From NCBI RefSeq assembly GCF_009914755.1, contig NC_060931.1: a stretch of DNA of 64,000 nucleotides; one strand, 5' to 3'. The notes under the pieces were generated by a model. The model did not search any database. It was given only the letters and a program-made list of their open reading frames with translations, and had not been told where the DNA came from. Shown piece by piece: positions 33,246-51,532 of this stretch. The DNA is from the human T2T-CHM13v2.0 reference genome, Homo sapiens. The translations under genes and the position numbers were made by a program. The first letter of the stretch is position 1, and each line of letters opens with the position of its first letter.

Positions 33246-34863
33246 TGAGATGGTTATTTAAGGAAATATCGGCAGACACACTTGTCAGGAAGGAAGGGGC
33301 AGCTGTGAAATAAAATATAATCATTGGTCTTAGCCCTGGCATTATTTCATCATAATAAAATGATGCTTCAGGTTCCAAGTCACTTTCCTACTCATCTGAG
33401 TTGATCTTCCAAGCTACCCAAGGACGCAGTCCACGCAAATGTTATTCATGTCAGATTCACAAAGGAAACTGAGGCTCTGAAAGAAGTCAGGGGCTGATCT
33501 GGGGGCACACATTTAGCTATGCAGCAGTGGGAATTTAAAACCAGGACTAATCCATCACTCCAACTTCACCTGGAGTCAAGTCAGCACTCAGACACGGATG
33601 GAGATGAATTTGTAAAAGGGAGTAACTTGATTGTCCTCAGAGGCCACAGCCAGCATCAATGTGACAACCCACAGGCATCACCCCAGGGTGCTAGTGGGGC
33701 GCTGATGCCCCTTCAGGGACCCTAAGTTGCCTCTGCCCTGTAGCTTCCGCTGTGACACCATGCTATCCCCACCCCTCCTCACCCGCTAAGGGCCAAGTCC
33801 ATGTCAGAGTCACCAAGGAGAGTGGAGGTGAGGGGAACAGTGGCAAAAGAAAACAGCATCTGAGTTTAAATCCTCCCTTCTGCAACTTAATCCCTGTGTG
33901 ATCTTGAGTAGGGATTTAACCCTTTCCAGCCTCCCTTTCTCCACCCATATGATGAGGATTTTAATACAGATCTCTTAGGTTCATTACAAAAAGTAAATGG
34001 AAGAGTGAACGAAAACTCCAGGACACAGCAATTTGTGTTCTGTCCTTTCTCTCCTCCTAACTCTTCCAAAGGGACACCATATGTAGAGGTCTTGGTGTTT
34101 CCCTGAAATAGGAGCTGGTACTGCCTGAAAGTAGAGAGCCAGGGGATAGAGAAACTGGACGTGGCTGATTATCAGAGAGCCTCCAGCCTAGGCGAGCTCT
34201 CTCCCAATTTTGCCCGTGACTCCTGCCCCCACCAAATAGGATAATTGGGAATCTATGCAGCAAGATGCTGGCTCAGCAGAGACCCCATATATAAAAATTA
34301 TTCTTGATGGCTTCAATAGATTTTGCACTGTCCAGGCCAAAATGAAATATGAAGATGGGGTAGTGGAGGATGACTTGGATGACACCCGGGAGTGGTGATT
34401 GAATACAACCCATGAGTTACATTCAATACTTATTGAAGAATAAAGGTGAGGTTATTTCTCTTTGGATCTTCCTGATATTGTCTCCGGCATCACATTATAC
34501 GATTCCCTTCTTCTCTGCGCACTCCAAGAATCTCTGTATCGCTCTCGGTCCTGGTCTGGTGGATCCCCCTGAGGGAGGGCATGTTGCAGGGAAGGAAGGG
34601 AAGCTAGGAACTCAGGTGGGGAAGCAAGAGACCTGAGTCACCCTGTCTGTCCCCTGCCTGGCTCTGGGACCCCAGACAAGCCACTCACCATGCCTGGGCC
34701 TCAGTTTCCTCACTTACAAAATAATACCACTACTTGCTCCATTTCAGTCCCAGAGATGAGCAGGTAAAGGTTCAGCAGATGGAGCAAAATCGTTAAGACA
34801 CCTGGACAAAACTAATTGCTCCCACAATGGTTAATTTGGTGGCTCCATAAAGAGGCAGCCACA

Positions 34864-35560
34864 CAATCATTAAAAAGTCAGGAAACAACAGGTGCTGGAG
34901 AGGATGTGGAGAAATAGGAACACTTTTACACTGTTGGTGGGACTGTAAACTAGTGCAACCATTGTGAAAGACAGTGTGGCGATTCTTCAGGGATCTAGAA
35001 CTAGAAATACCATTTGACCCAGCCATCCCATTACTGGATATATACCCAAAGGATTATAAATCATGCTGCTATAAAGACACATGCACACGTATGTTTATTG
35101 CGGCACTACTCACAACAGCAAAGACTTGGAACCAACCCAAATGTCCAACAATGATAGACTGGATTAAGAAAATGTGGCACATATACACCATGAAATACTA
35201 TGCAGCCATAAAAAATGATGAGTTCATGTCCTTTGTAGGGACATGGATGAAACTGGAAACCATCATTCTCAGCAAACTATTGCAAGGACAAAAAACCAAA
35301 CACCGAGTGTTCTCACTCATAGGTGGGAATGGAACAATAAGAACACTTGGACACAGGAAGGGGAACATCACACACAGGGGCCTATTGTGGGGTGTGGGGA
35401 GGGAGGAGGGATAGCATTAGGAGATATACCTAATGTAAATGACGAGTTAATGGGTGCAGCACGCCAACATGCCACATGTATACATATGTAACAAACCTGC
35501 ACGTTGTGCACATGTACCCTAGAACTTAAAGTATAATAATATATATATATATTTTTTTAA
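34864..35560 (+). mobile_element. L1PA4/5-like 3' fragment (~700 bp)
   Basis: ORF2 C-terminus ([15 protein letters not shown]) plus 3' UTR; TSD aggcagccaca at 34853-34863 and 35565-35575. Confidence 0.93.
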
Positions 35561-35659
35561 AAAAAGGCAGCCACAGAGGCAGGGACAGGGCCTGGAAAAA
35601 TTTTCCAAGAGGGAGCCTCTTTTTGACCCAGGGCATTGTAGAAAAGTTAAAGATAAATG

Positions 35660-36030
35660 GTACTCTTTGCTCTCTCTGCCCAGTGACAAATCACAGGTGA
35701 ATATCATTAATTTTGGAGGCTTTGTTTGTTCAAAAGTGAGAAGGCTTTTTGCCTAATGAAGAACTTTAATAGGTGTTGTTTTTCCTAAATTATCATATTA
35801 ACCACAGATAATTAACAAGCGTATCCTTAATGCCGCAGGATACTGACAAACCCACTGAACGCATCTCGTTGCCTATAAATCATCCAGCCATCCTTCAAGG
35901 CAGCTGTTTAATTACTCCTGCATTTGGGAGGCGCAATAGTGAGGCTCTCTCTAAATTTGGTTGCCAATGAAAATAAAGTCAGCAACAATTCAGGTCTTCA
36001 TCATTATTGTTCCATCTTAAGATGTCGCTG
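35660..36030. promoter_or_regulatory. Candidate developmental enhancer / conserved noncoding element
   Basis: Non-repeat; PBX-HOX TGATTTAT (minus, 35875-35882), TGACA, many TAAT cores, SOX-like sites, retained CpGs; motif-level evidence only. Confidence 0.4.
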
Positions 36031-36350
36031 CCAGTTCTATTTATAATGGTGAAAACTGGAGACAACCCAAATGTCCAGCAGTAGGGGAATAGCTTGGATA
36101 AACAAATTAAAGGGTCTGAATGTAATGGGTTCTCATACAGCTACCTAATGGCAAGACTCAGTCTATGTCAATACGTGGAAAATGCACATTCTAAATCATG
36201 TTAAGTGGAAAAGCAACATAAAATACTATGTACATGGTGATTAGAACTACATAAAGAGTACATTTGTCGACAAATAATGGATGAAAATTTAGGTTATTAA
36301 GTGTTGTATTGAATGCTTATTTTCTACTCAAAAGTGGATTCAGTTTATTT
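36030..36350 (+). mobile_element. Old L1ME 3' fragment
   Basis: tttataatggtgaaaactggagacaacccaaatgtccagcagtagggga. Confidence 0.6.
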
Positions 36351-37138
36351 TTTAAGACAAAAGGAAATACTGCCAGCAGTGGCTGGTTCAGGCTGTTCTT
36401 ACTCGAGGCAGAGTGCTGAGGTTCCTGTAATCTGGGAAAAAAAAAAAAAGTGGCTCAGTCCTTTCGGCGCCCCCTCTCCCACCTTGGGCCCCCCTCTCGG
36501 AAATGTGCTACATGTTTACAGTTACCCAAGATGAGAATGGTGCTCTTAGGATGGAAATCAGCTGAATGTGTTTTTTCATGCCTCATTGTTCATGGAATCA
36601 TAGAACTCCAAGCTAGGAGGGATCTTATTCTCAGCAGTAGCATCTATTCTGCTCTCTTTTGCCAGAATTCTCTCCCATGAGCTAGCTCAGCTGCAGTTAG
36701 AACCGCCCTGCCAGGCTCTCAAGCCCAGCAGAGGACTTAGCCTGAGGTCTGGCTATGGGGCGGGAGGGATAAGTGGGGGAAGGAGTGAGGGGAAAGGAGT
36801 GGCATCCCTGTGCTACCCACCCACAAATCCCCAGCAAGGCACGGGCCAGGAGCTCCACCAGGGAGTGGAGGGGCAGGGGGCCTTTTCTGAATCTGGGAGA
36901 GCACTTCCTATTCGAAGTTTACAGGAAATGTATTCATCTTAATCTATCCTTTACAGCCATTCCACTGGGACTTTTTTTTTTTTTAAGAGAAGCTTTTCTC
37001 TTTTTCCCCAGAGGCAGGTAGGAAAGCAGCGGGGTGGAAGAAGGCAGTTAGGGGCATGAGGAACAGCCTGGGATGGCAGGAAGCCACAGCTGGGTGAAAA
37101 TTCTGGTGCTGGGTGGCAGGCAACAAGCCAGTCAGCTA

Positions 37139-38542
<1,404 letters not shown>

Positions 38543-38968
38543 TCACTCACTGACCCAGCAGCGCTGGGAGCTCACCTTGCCATCAGCCCGGACTGATGCG
38601 TGGCATGCCGCGGGGACACATGCCTCTGTAGAGGCAGACGGAGGACAGCACCTTCTCCCTCCCACCACCCCTGCTGTTTGGGAGAGGTCTCCATCTCCTC
38701 TCCCACTCACATCTGCTTGTGGTGCACTACCTCATCGGCTCTCATTCTCGCTCCCTGCTTCCTACTTCTAGTTAAGATTTTATTTCTGGTCCTCATTAAC
38801 ATATTCAAGCAAAGCTGAGGCTGAAGTCCTGAGGTGACCTGAACCAAGACGTTGTATTCGCTTCTGTCCGTCACGGTGTGTGTAGGAAGCATTTAAGCCA
38901 AAGCTATTTTTGAGGAGCTCTCTAAGCCAGAAGTACCAATAATAAGCACAGTTAGAAAGAGGAAGGCC

Positions 38969-39576
<608 letters not shown>

Positions 39577-40560
39577 TTACAGGAAGGAGTAAAGGGTGAA
39601 CGAAAGACAAATAAGAAAACAACAACAACAACAACAAAAACACCATTAAAAGAAATTCAATGACCAGCCAGAAGGAATATTGAAGTGTCAAAATCGTAAC
39701 CTCCCATCACAGCACAGAATCTAGGAAATTATTTTCTAATATGTTTTGCTCTGGCTCTGCATCCCTAAAATGAGCTTCTAAGCTACCCCATGGTTTTCTG
39801 AAGGGCCTGTTTACTGGGGAGGCTGTGCCTGGACCAAATAACCTGGCAGGTTCTCAGGCCAGGATCATTTATCCACTTCATTTCCTGGTTGGCAATGCAG
39901 CCTCCTGGGGCTCTAGGGTGAGTGGAGTGCTGTGGCTCACTTCTGTCCACCTCAGGCAGGCCAGATAACCAGTGGGGCATCTGCCCAACACAGCAGGGGC
40001 CAGGGACTGTGCCCAGGTGCAGGAGGGCATCCAGCCAGCCAGCGGATCCCCTAGAGAGCTCTAGACGGTCAGAAGGAGGAGGAAGCTATGCAGCTCTTCC
40101 CATGATCACCTACTGGTGCCATTTTCTTACCTGCCCTCTTGTCTCCAACTTAGCCTACATCTTTACTAGAAAATCCATCAGGAACTTTTACTATATCATC
40201 CCGTGCTTCAACTCCAGCCAGATGACCCCTTCCTACCATTCCAGTGGTTCCCCCAATTCCCTCCCCAAGGGAGCCATGCAAAGAATGTGGCATGGATCAT
40301 ATAAACAGTGATTCCTAGCTATTGTCACCAATACAAAAAAAATTCTACAAATAAAAAATAGGGTGCAAGAGAGCGAGAGGAGAAAATATAAAGAAAGTGT
40401 ATTCAGCATGATAGGATTTCATTTGTGTAAAACTTCTAATTACACATGCTTATTTGCCCAGAGGGTGATCTATAGTTGCCTGGGGTATGGGATGGGGGAT
40501 TTCAGAGTGGTTTTTCTTTCTTTTTTATACTTCTCTGTATTAAACAAAATCCTATACTAA

Positions 40561-40866
<306 letters not shown>

Positions 40867-41394
40867 TAAGTGGGCTAAGGCCAGCTCAAAGGAGAATCAC
40901 CTCTCCCTGGACCAAGTGGATGCTCCTTCTCCAAGTGCTGCTGGGGCTGCCTTATTTAGGGCTGCTTAGATCCAATGTGTAGACTTGACTGCTAAGTTAC
41001 TCTAAGGAGGCACATAACGACTACGTTTTCTAGACATTCGTACATTTTAATTAAGAGAATATATTTTCATTACCTCCCTATCCCTCTAAGGCAGCCTTGG
41101 GAATGCTGATAGGCCCTGTTCTTCGCTAACAGCTCCCCTGGGGAAAGGCAATAAACCTCTTCTTCACCTGTCCCCGCTGTGCCATGACAATGACATTTCT
41201 CTTCGCCAAAGCCGAGCTTGATCAGAACTCTGAGCTCCTATCTCTTATCTCTGTGCCTGTGTCTGTGACTCAGCTTCTCAAAAGGTACATCTTTACATCC
41301 CTGTATCTATCAGTCACTTCTGATTCCCTCAAGCAGAAGCCCTCCCTCGTGACCCATGGCTCCTCTGAATCCCACTCAACTTCCAACATGATGT

Positions 41395-41790
41395 ATCCAT
41401 CAGAAACGTGTTCCATTAGAAAGCCTGACTTAACAATAGCTTAAACAAATTGAGTTTTATTTTTCTAAATAGCAAAAGGTCTGAAAGTAGGTGGCTGATA
41501 ACATTGACTCAGATTTCAGAGTCAGTGGTCTCCATAATTCTATTGACCGTTGCTTTCATGGGCCCAAAATGGCTGCCCCAGCTCCAAACATCACACCTAT
41601 AGCCCAGGCAGGAAGAAGAATTGGTGGAGCTCAGCCATGACATGGCTTTTTCATCAAGAAAGCAAAAGCTTTCCCAGAATACTCAGAGCAGACTTCCATG
41701 TGTATCTCATTGGCCAGATTGTTATCATATGATTATCCCTGGATGCAAGAGAGACTGAGTGAGCAAATATTTAGCTTTTCCAGGCCTCTA
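41395..41790 (-). mobile_element. Old MLT1 (J/K-type) MaLR fragment
   Basis: aaaatggctgccccagctccaaacatcac, cagacttcc..tatctcattggccaga. Confidence 0.6.
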
Positions 41791-42107
41791 AAGTAGCCTG
41801 TTGTGAAAAGCCATAGGATTAGCAAACCTGCAGTCTCTGCCATACGGGTCAAATTCTTTCCTTAAGAAGCCTGACAAACAGAATCACAGAAGCAAACTTT
41901 TACCAAGTGCTTGCTCTGCCCCAGGTCTCTGCTTAGTGCTTTCTTTTCATCTGCTGTCTCAGGTAATCCTTCCACCAACCACATGGCAAAAGCATGACTA
42001 TTCCTCCATTTTATAGATGAGAAACCTGAAACTCACAAAGGTTAGAGAACTGACCCAAAGTCACCCAGCCTGTAAGTGTCAGAGCTTGGATTTAAATCCC
42101 TCTTAGC

Positions 42108-42437
42108 CAGGGATCAACAAACTCTTTTGGGAAGGGCCAGATAGTACATCTTTCAGGTTTTCTGGGTCATATAGGCTCTGTCACCCCAACTCTGCTATTG
42201 AAGAGCAAAAGCAGCCACAGCCCATGTAGATAAACGAGCTGTGTGTCAATAAAACTTTATTATGGACACTAAAATTTGAATTTCATATCACTTTCACCTG
42301 TGACAAAATATTGTTCTTTTTTTTTTTTTTCCCAACTACTGTATTTAAAAATGTAGAAACCATGCTTCATCAAGGGCGGCACAAATACAGGCCTTCATTC
42401 AGATTTGGCTCACAGAGCCAGAGTTTGCCAGCCACTG
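42108..42437. mobile_element. MER58B-like hAT MITE
   Basis: cagggatcaacaaact...aataaaactttat...gtttgccagccactg; degenerate 8-bp TSD. Confidence 0.8.
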
Positions 42438-42499
42438 CTGTTGGCTGGTGCTGTCCACATTTGTGATTCTAAGCTTATGCAGGGTTGTTTTTTTGTTGT

Positions 42500-43292
<793 letters not shown>

Positions 43293-45571
43293 TGGCTTTA
43301 TGCCGGGTTTAATGTCCACATTCACCCCTGCCCTCTGCTTGCCCAAGCTCCTGCTTTGGCCTGGACCTGTCCATTCTGCTGTCTGTGGCTCCCGCACCCA
43401 TGCGCCTGGATCCTGAGGACAAGACAGGCCCCCACCCCACCTCATCTCAGGGAGCCTCCGTGAATTCCTTCAGCCATTGCTGGTGCCCCTGCTGGTGATT
43501 TTTGTCACAAGAGAGTTGGCACTCCCAAAAAGCCCGGCCTGTCAACATTGGAGCTCACCTGCCAAGGACCAGAGCAGTCACGGGGTGGTAATTTTTGTCA
43601 TGTTTTAGAGCATGGGGTGACATTTTTCTGCCCTTAACAGCAGGCACTCCACAAGCTGTCGGGAAAGAAGAAAAATAGGAATGGAAGCCTGGGTTGCTTT
43701 TCTTTGTCTAAGTAATATTAGATCTCTTTTTTTAGGTGGATGCTTAAGGATGTGTAGAGGGAGTGGGGAGAAGACTTGGGCACTTATTTCTGCTATTTTC
43801 TCTTCCTCTCAGGTAGAGATGCCCTCTCTGCACTGCACAGGCCTCCATCACCCTCACAAAAAGCACCCAGGAATTTCCTCCAGGCTCTATAATCACCCCT
43901 CTGTAAATGGCACACTTGTTCACAAAAGCCGCTGCTGCCTTGAACTATTTTGCTTGCCTCTTTGCAGCTCCTCTGCCAGGGGCAGAGAAGTGCTCATCGC
44001 TGAAGATTTCCAGAAGGTCCCATTGGTCAAGATTATAAATGCCAGGAATGGTGTCCCTGGATTTTAGGCGCTTCCTCCTCTCCTAGTGCTTAATTGTCTC
44101 AGAGTAATTCCCAAAATAGTGGCTGCATTTTTTCACTTTGACTCTGACGTTGCATAGTCCATGAATATTTGAAAGCTCCCCTAGGTGACCTTGGTTAGCC
44201 TCTCTGGCCACTGTTGACTCCTCTGTAAGAATCATGGCCACTCGATCTACTTGGAAGGCTTATTGTAAGAAACAAATGAGATTATTCTGTGTCACCCTTC
44301 CCGCGACCCTAGCACATAGCAGGTGCTCCAACAGTGGTACGTTCTTTCTTGCTTTAAGTTGGATCACTGAAGTTACCCTCCGAGACTCCATGTTTGATAA
44401 CCCATGAGCACTTTAGATTGGTTCCTGTCCACAACTCCCGGGCCTCCAGCCATAAGGAGGATGGGGTTAAGTGTAGATGAATCAAAGCCACCAGCCTCTT
44501 CACAAGATAAATACTCCCTGAGAGTAGACAGCCCATGGACAGCAACGTTGGCTTTGTACAGGAAATATAGCAGCTTTAGCTGATGGCTTTGGGCAGTGTT
44601 GGTTGACTGACCCTGAGTTCATGCTTGGCTCCTTCTTGGCTCATACCCTTACTAGAGGGGGCACTTTTCTTCTAAAAGAATGAGAAAATCCTTCCATTGG
44701 CCCTGATTCCCTTTGAAGAAGGTGCTGGTCTCAGGCTCAGAGTCTGCTCTGGTTTCTACTTTATTGGTCCAATGTTATGAATGGAGAAGAGTGAGAACAG
44801 AAACAAAGACGTTGAAGAAGGCAAACGTGAAATCTATCTTGGCAGGCAGAGTCTTGAGGTTGAGGAAGAGTGCCAACCACAAAGTGCACTTCCTAGATTT
44901 CAGCTCTCCATTCTCTCTCACCCACACTCTCAGCTGCAGACAACACCCGTGATCCTTGGAGTAGGACCTGGCCAGGCTCTGTGGCTCTGAAAAGCAGCTC
45001 TAGAAGGGAACCCCTGAAAAGGGGCTTATGTCCTCTAGGTGTTAGAAACAAAAGAGAACAGGGGCGGACTTATCTTGAAACCTAGACAGCTTTGACTTCA
45101 TTGCTCACTCATTCCAGCCAGGGAATGGACGGGGCTGTCAGCACAGCCAAGGTACCCTGGTTCCCATTTCCCTGTGGTCCATGGAGACTTGGCCAGACCT
45201 GGGGTGATCACATTCCTTCTCTCCAAGGACACAGCCTTATATGCAGAAGGAAACAGGGCAAAACACTTGTCTCCAGTCTCCCCAAAGGCCTTAGGCTATG
45301 AATGCTATCCTTTCAGGACGGTTCCAGCCGACCACATTTAACTCCTCAGCACCCAGGTTTGGGCTCCCACATATTCTCCAGCAGTTTTCACTAGTACCAG
45401 TACTGGAGGCCCCCTGAGCCCAAGGCCCTCTGGACACACTGGGCAAGGCTCTTCTTCTGAGGTTAGTTCCCTGGCAGGTCCCAGGTCTCACCCTGGGAGG
45501 CACTGGGGGACACACAATTCCCATTTGGAAACGAGAAAACTGACGCTGGAAGAGGAAAATGACCTGCGTGA

Positions 45572-45916
<345 letters not shown>

Positions 45917-46353
45917 GCAGAGGAATCTTAAAAAGGACCTCCGAAGCTTCTTTTTAGAAAACTGTGGTAAAACACACATAATATAAATGTACCACTTCGA
46001 TCATGTTTCAGTGTGCAGCTCTGCGGCACTCACATTGCTGTGTCACCATTGCCGCCATCCATCTCCAAAGCTCTTTTCATTTTTCAAAACTGAAACTCCA
46101 TACCCCATTAAAAAACAGGTCCCCATCCCCACTCCCTCTCCCCCCAGCCACCCCTGATACCCACCACTCTCCTTTCTGTCTCTGTGAATTTGCCTATTCT
46201 ATGTACTTCATTTAAGTGGAATCACATGATATCTGTCCTTTTGTGACTGGCTTATTTTACCTAGGATAGTGCCCTAAGGTCCATCCATGTTGGATCATGT
46301 GTCAGAATTCTCTTCCTTTTGAAAGCTGAAGAATATCCCATTGTAGGTAAATA

Positions 46354-46976
<623 letters not shown>

Positions 46977-47468
46977 CATCACATTTTGTTCATCCATTCA
47001 TCTGTTGCTGGACACCCGGGTTACCTCCACTTTTTGCCTGTTGTGAATAATACCACTATGATCACGGGTGGACAAGCACCTGTTTGAGACCCTGCTTTCA
47101 GTTCTTTTGGGTCTGTACCCAGAAGTGGTATTGCAGCATCACATGGTAATTCTATTTTTAATATTTTTAGGAAGCATCATACTGTTTTCGATAGTGGCTA
47201 CACAATTTTGCTTTCCCATCAACAGTGCAATTTCTCCACATCTTTGCCAATATTTACTTTCTGTTGTTATTGTTTTTGTTGTTGTTTGATAATAGCCATC
47301 CTAATGGGTGTGAGGTGCCAGAGCTTCTTTAAAAGCATCCAGGTGTGTGAGTGTGTATGGTACAGTGAGATGGGTAAAGAATGAGGTAGACTAGGTGTTT
47401 ATCACTCTTTTGAAGCCTGTAAGTGGCCCCTCACCACTTAGCCGAAGCCTCGAGGAAGTGTATGCAAT

Positions 47469-47915
47469 TGTTACAGGTTGAATAGCGTCCTCTCAAAATT
47501 CATATGCTAAAGTCCTCATGCTCGGTACCTCAGAATGCGACCTTATTTGGAAATAGGGTCATTGCAGATGTAATTCATTAAGACAATGTCATACTGGAGT
47601 AGGTGGGCTCTTAATCCAACATGACTGGTGTCCTTATGAAAAAGTATGCCAGGTGAGGAGACAGAGACACACACCGAGGGAAGATGGTGTGAAGAGATAG
47701 GGAGAAAGCAGCCATCTTCAAGCCAAGGAAGGCCTGAGGCTTCCAGAAACTAGAGGAGAAATCTGGAACAGCTCCTTCCCTGGTGCTGTTAGGGGAGCCT
47801 GGTCCTGCCGACACTGATTTTGGACTTCCAGCCTCCAGAACTGTGAAACAACAAATTCCTGTCATCCTACCCAGTTTGTGGCACTTTATGATGGCAGCCG
47901 TAAGAAATGAAGACA
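47469..47915 (+). mobile_element. MLT1B/C MaLR solo LTR
   Basis: tgttacaggttgaat...gaccttatttggaaatagggtc...ggacttccagcctccagaactgtga...aca. Confidence 0.85.
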
Positions 47916-50876
47916 GAGGCCACCAGATACATGTGACTGGGGACACCACAAAGTGGGAGATGTTCCCCTGGTGAAGACAGGGCCTGCGATGATGTCTCTC
48001 AGCCTCTGGCTCAAGTGTTAAAGTCATTTCCATGATATCAGCCCAGAAGGCCATTGGCATTCAAGGGCTTCGCATTCATGGTTTTAACTATTCATGAATG
48101 ACCCCATCATTTACTACGGGTGATGTGCAGTCATTTGTCACATTGCCAAGGCATGGTCATATACTCAGAGCCGGGTGTAAGGACAGGGCACTGGGCTGGT
48201 GGCTTTGTTCTTCTCCATTTGTCATGGAGCACATGAGAGGTGATAAAGCCTGTGCTTCTTTGTGGGAAACTGGGTGTGAAAAGAAAGACAGCTGCTGGCA
48301 TGGCAGGGAAGAGAAGAGGTCTAACTAATCACGTGATGGTCTAGGCCAGAAAGCGGCTTTATGAATTACCCAAGTGCTGTATTTATAGAACCATTATGGA
48401 TTTTAAAGAGGTACTAGGTTTTTCAATTATACTTTATTACCTTGCGGGGTAGAAATTACACGACTTGATGTCATTCTCAAATTTGGTAATTCACTAAGGT
48501 CCAAGGCCATAGCCTTTAAGAATGTCAAGGGTCTACTCTGTGACAATAAGATTCCACTGCATTTTCTAAACTTTTTCCTTTAGGTAGTAGGCTTTCCACA
48601 GACTATAATTATTGCTATATCCTTAAACCATGGGTATGTCACTTGTGTGGTATAATTTGGAGCAATTCTGAGAAGAACTTTGCACTAAATCACCTATTCT
48701 TCAATACATTTTCCCTGCCACAATGTATACCTGAGGCCTGAAAATCTGACATTATAGACTCATGCCTTTGAATGAAGACATGGCCTCAACTTACAAAGCA
48801 CCCATATTGCAAGGATTTAATTATCGATAATCACTTACTCCTCAGTATGAATGAGTTTGCAGAGTCTAAAACTAGCCTGACCATAGTTGCTAAGAGAGAA
48901 AGTGAGGAGTGCACAGATGACCCTGGCATCTGGCAGGAAGAACACAAGAATCTTGTAGACTTCACCAGGATTCGCCCTGACAGGACCATCCTGTGTAAGG
49001 ATGGGAGGGAGGCTCAGTGCCCACTGGAAGTGTGTGAGCCTCTATCAGTGAAGCTGATGTGGCACAAAGAGATCAGAAGAGGGAATTCCTCCAGTGACAT
49101 TCAGTTATTGGAGCTATGAGTTGTCGTTGTTTCAAATAAACTCTTATAACCACACAAATTAGCGAAAGTGTAACTAATCATCTGTTGTGGAGAAAGAAAA
49201 CTCATCCTGGGGTATCTCTTAAGTCTTGACTTCCAAGATAATGTTAATGGATAACAGATTTCTTGAGCTCTTACTCTGCCCTTCAACTCCCTCTTGGTTT
49301 TCTTCTTTCAGAGTTCCATCCTTCCCTACCATCTCTAGAATACTTTTAAGGTGATTCTAAAAAACAAAGCAATGTCAGTAAACGCCACGGAACCGCTAGG
49401 TTGTCAGATAACCGCATTGTTCTTTTCCAAGATGGCCACAAAGACCATTTTTGAAACTGTCTTGGGTTTGTGAAAATAAGGATTAAGTTCGACAGAAAAT
49501 AGATAGCCAGGGCGTGAAGTGTTCACACCATTATGGAGCCTGTCAGTTAAGCACAACCGCTGAGGCGGCACACCCTCAACATTCAGGTGCTTTTGCCTGT
49601 CTCTATATTCAAAGAGGTTTTTTTTCTCATTTTGCATTTGTGTTCGCAGAGAACCTATACTCCTTCCAGAATCACCACCACCAGGGGGCTCCTCAACCAA
49701 CTGACATTTATTATTATTATTACTTGTGTGTATTACAGCAGCAGACGTTGATCAAACACTTAAATGCAAGCCAGGTGCTAGCTAGGCTACGGAGGTAGGG
49801 ACCATTATTATCTCCACTTTACAAAAGAGGAAACTGAGGCTGAAAGAGGATAAGGAACTGGTGGCAAGGGGTGGAGCTGGGGTAGAACGTGATTCTATCT
49901 GACTTTGGAGCTGAATTGAACATGAAAACCACTGTGGAGACTGTCCTCAAGGGGATGGAGCTGGAGTTTGAGGAGAGAAAGACAAGCATTATTGTGCAGT
50001 TAAGATGTGTTGAGATGGTGTTAACACCATGAAAGCTAAGTGTCTTGTGGACCAAAATAGGATGTTAACATAGATTTTCTGAAACAGAGTAATATGACAA
50101 TTCCGCTGTTGTTGAAAGATATATTTGGTAGTGGTCTAGAGAAGCTCTCTCCCTACCTTCTAGGACTCTTTTTTTTTTTTTTCAACTGACAATCACATCT
50201 AGTTTGGAAAACTGATATTCCCTGGGACAGATCTACCATCCTCACATCTTGTATAGACTCCTTTTATCAGGGCCTGGTGGTCCCAGTTCTTCCTAGAGAA
50301 ACCCATAGCAACATTCTTGATGGTCAGTGGTCCATGGACTGGGGGGGTCCCCATGGCCATCTGTCCTTCCTCTTGGCTCCCTTCTGAGGGGCAGGCAGGG
50401 TCCTAAAAGGACAGAGCCCTGTGGACCTGGCAGCAGCTTAAGTATTACAAGGTTGAATTCACCTAACCTAGGCTGGGAGACTACAGCACTGCTGGTTTCT
50501 TTATCTAAACTTGTATAGGTATAGTTTTTCCCACTAAATTGCATTTCAAAAGTATAAACTTGAATATAAGAATAGTTCATGAGAATTCAGGAGATGAGGA
50601 GCCCCAAAGGTCGCTGTGAGGTTTATGTCTCACCAGGCTGCACCCAAACCCACTGAGCCCAAGCTTCTCCAAGAGGACAATGCACTTCTCAGAGCTCCCT
50701 CCACTTAGGGAACTCTGGGCACAAGGCATCCAAATTACCCAGGGCCCAAAACACTGAGCCCCCTTATGTGAAATTCCAAATAAAAATAGCACTAAACTAT
50801 AAGGGTAGGAAAGTCCAGCCTGGTTCCGATTTTTTCCTAGAATGACTACTTCATACTGTCAAGTATCTAAACATCT

Positions 50877-50879
<3 letters not shown>

Positions 50880-50915
<36 letters not shown>
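50880..50915. repeat. (GA)n microsatellite
   Basis: Directly visible. Confidence 0.95.
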
Positions 50916-50918
<3 letters not shown>

Positions 50919-51532
50919 GGAATGCAACTACTTAGTCTGCGTTTTGGGATACCCAACACTGAAAGCTATTCAAGGCTTGGTTGTGTGGTTGTGTTCTATC
51001 CCAGAGCTCCTAGGTATGCCAAGGCTTCATGGCAGATTGCGACGATGCTTTGGGAAGCAGTCCATCTCGTCAAGTGGAAAAACTCCCCAGGTGCAGCTGT
51101 TCCCTCCGACTCACTGAAGTCAGAGAAATCCTCTATTAATATCTTCAGCTTTCTAAGACGCAGGGAGTAACTGAGGACTCAGACACAGCTACCTGCAGGG
51201 GTGAGGTGGTTAGAACTATCCAGCTTTGGGGTCTCACTCACCACTCCACCTTGCTACCACATCTCAGCCCTTTGTCAATATAAAGGGGCATAGTTCCACA
51301 TACTCGATTTGACTCAAGGTCATTAGCCCATCAATAACTTATCTCCGGAGAAGACAGTCTCCTGTGATCTTTACATGATTGTAGGAGGCTCTCCTCCTAG
51401 ATTGCTATACAAGATGGTTTGAGGCTTTGGGGGTCTGAGAACCCTGCACTAAACTACTCTATTTCTAGCCCTTCCCCACTGCCATGGCATATACCTAATA
51501 TCAGATATCTTAAAGTCAACATTATAGATTCT

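Noticed and set aside
34255-34450. Possible exon (protein-like frame, AAG/GTGAGG donor at ~34445)
   Set aside because: Poor acceptor, in-frame stop, no recognisable homology
44700-44990. Possible pseudogene fragment or minus-strand polyA site
   Set aside because: No recognisable homology; a lone AATAAA is not evidence
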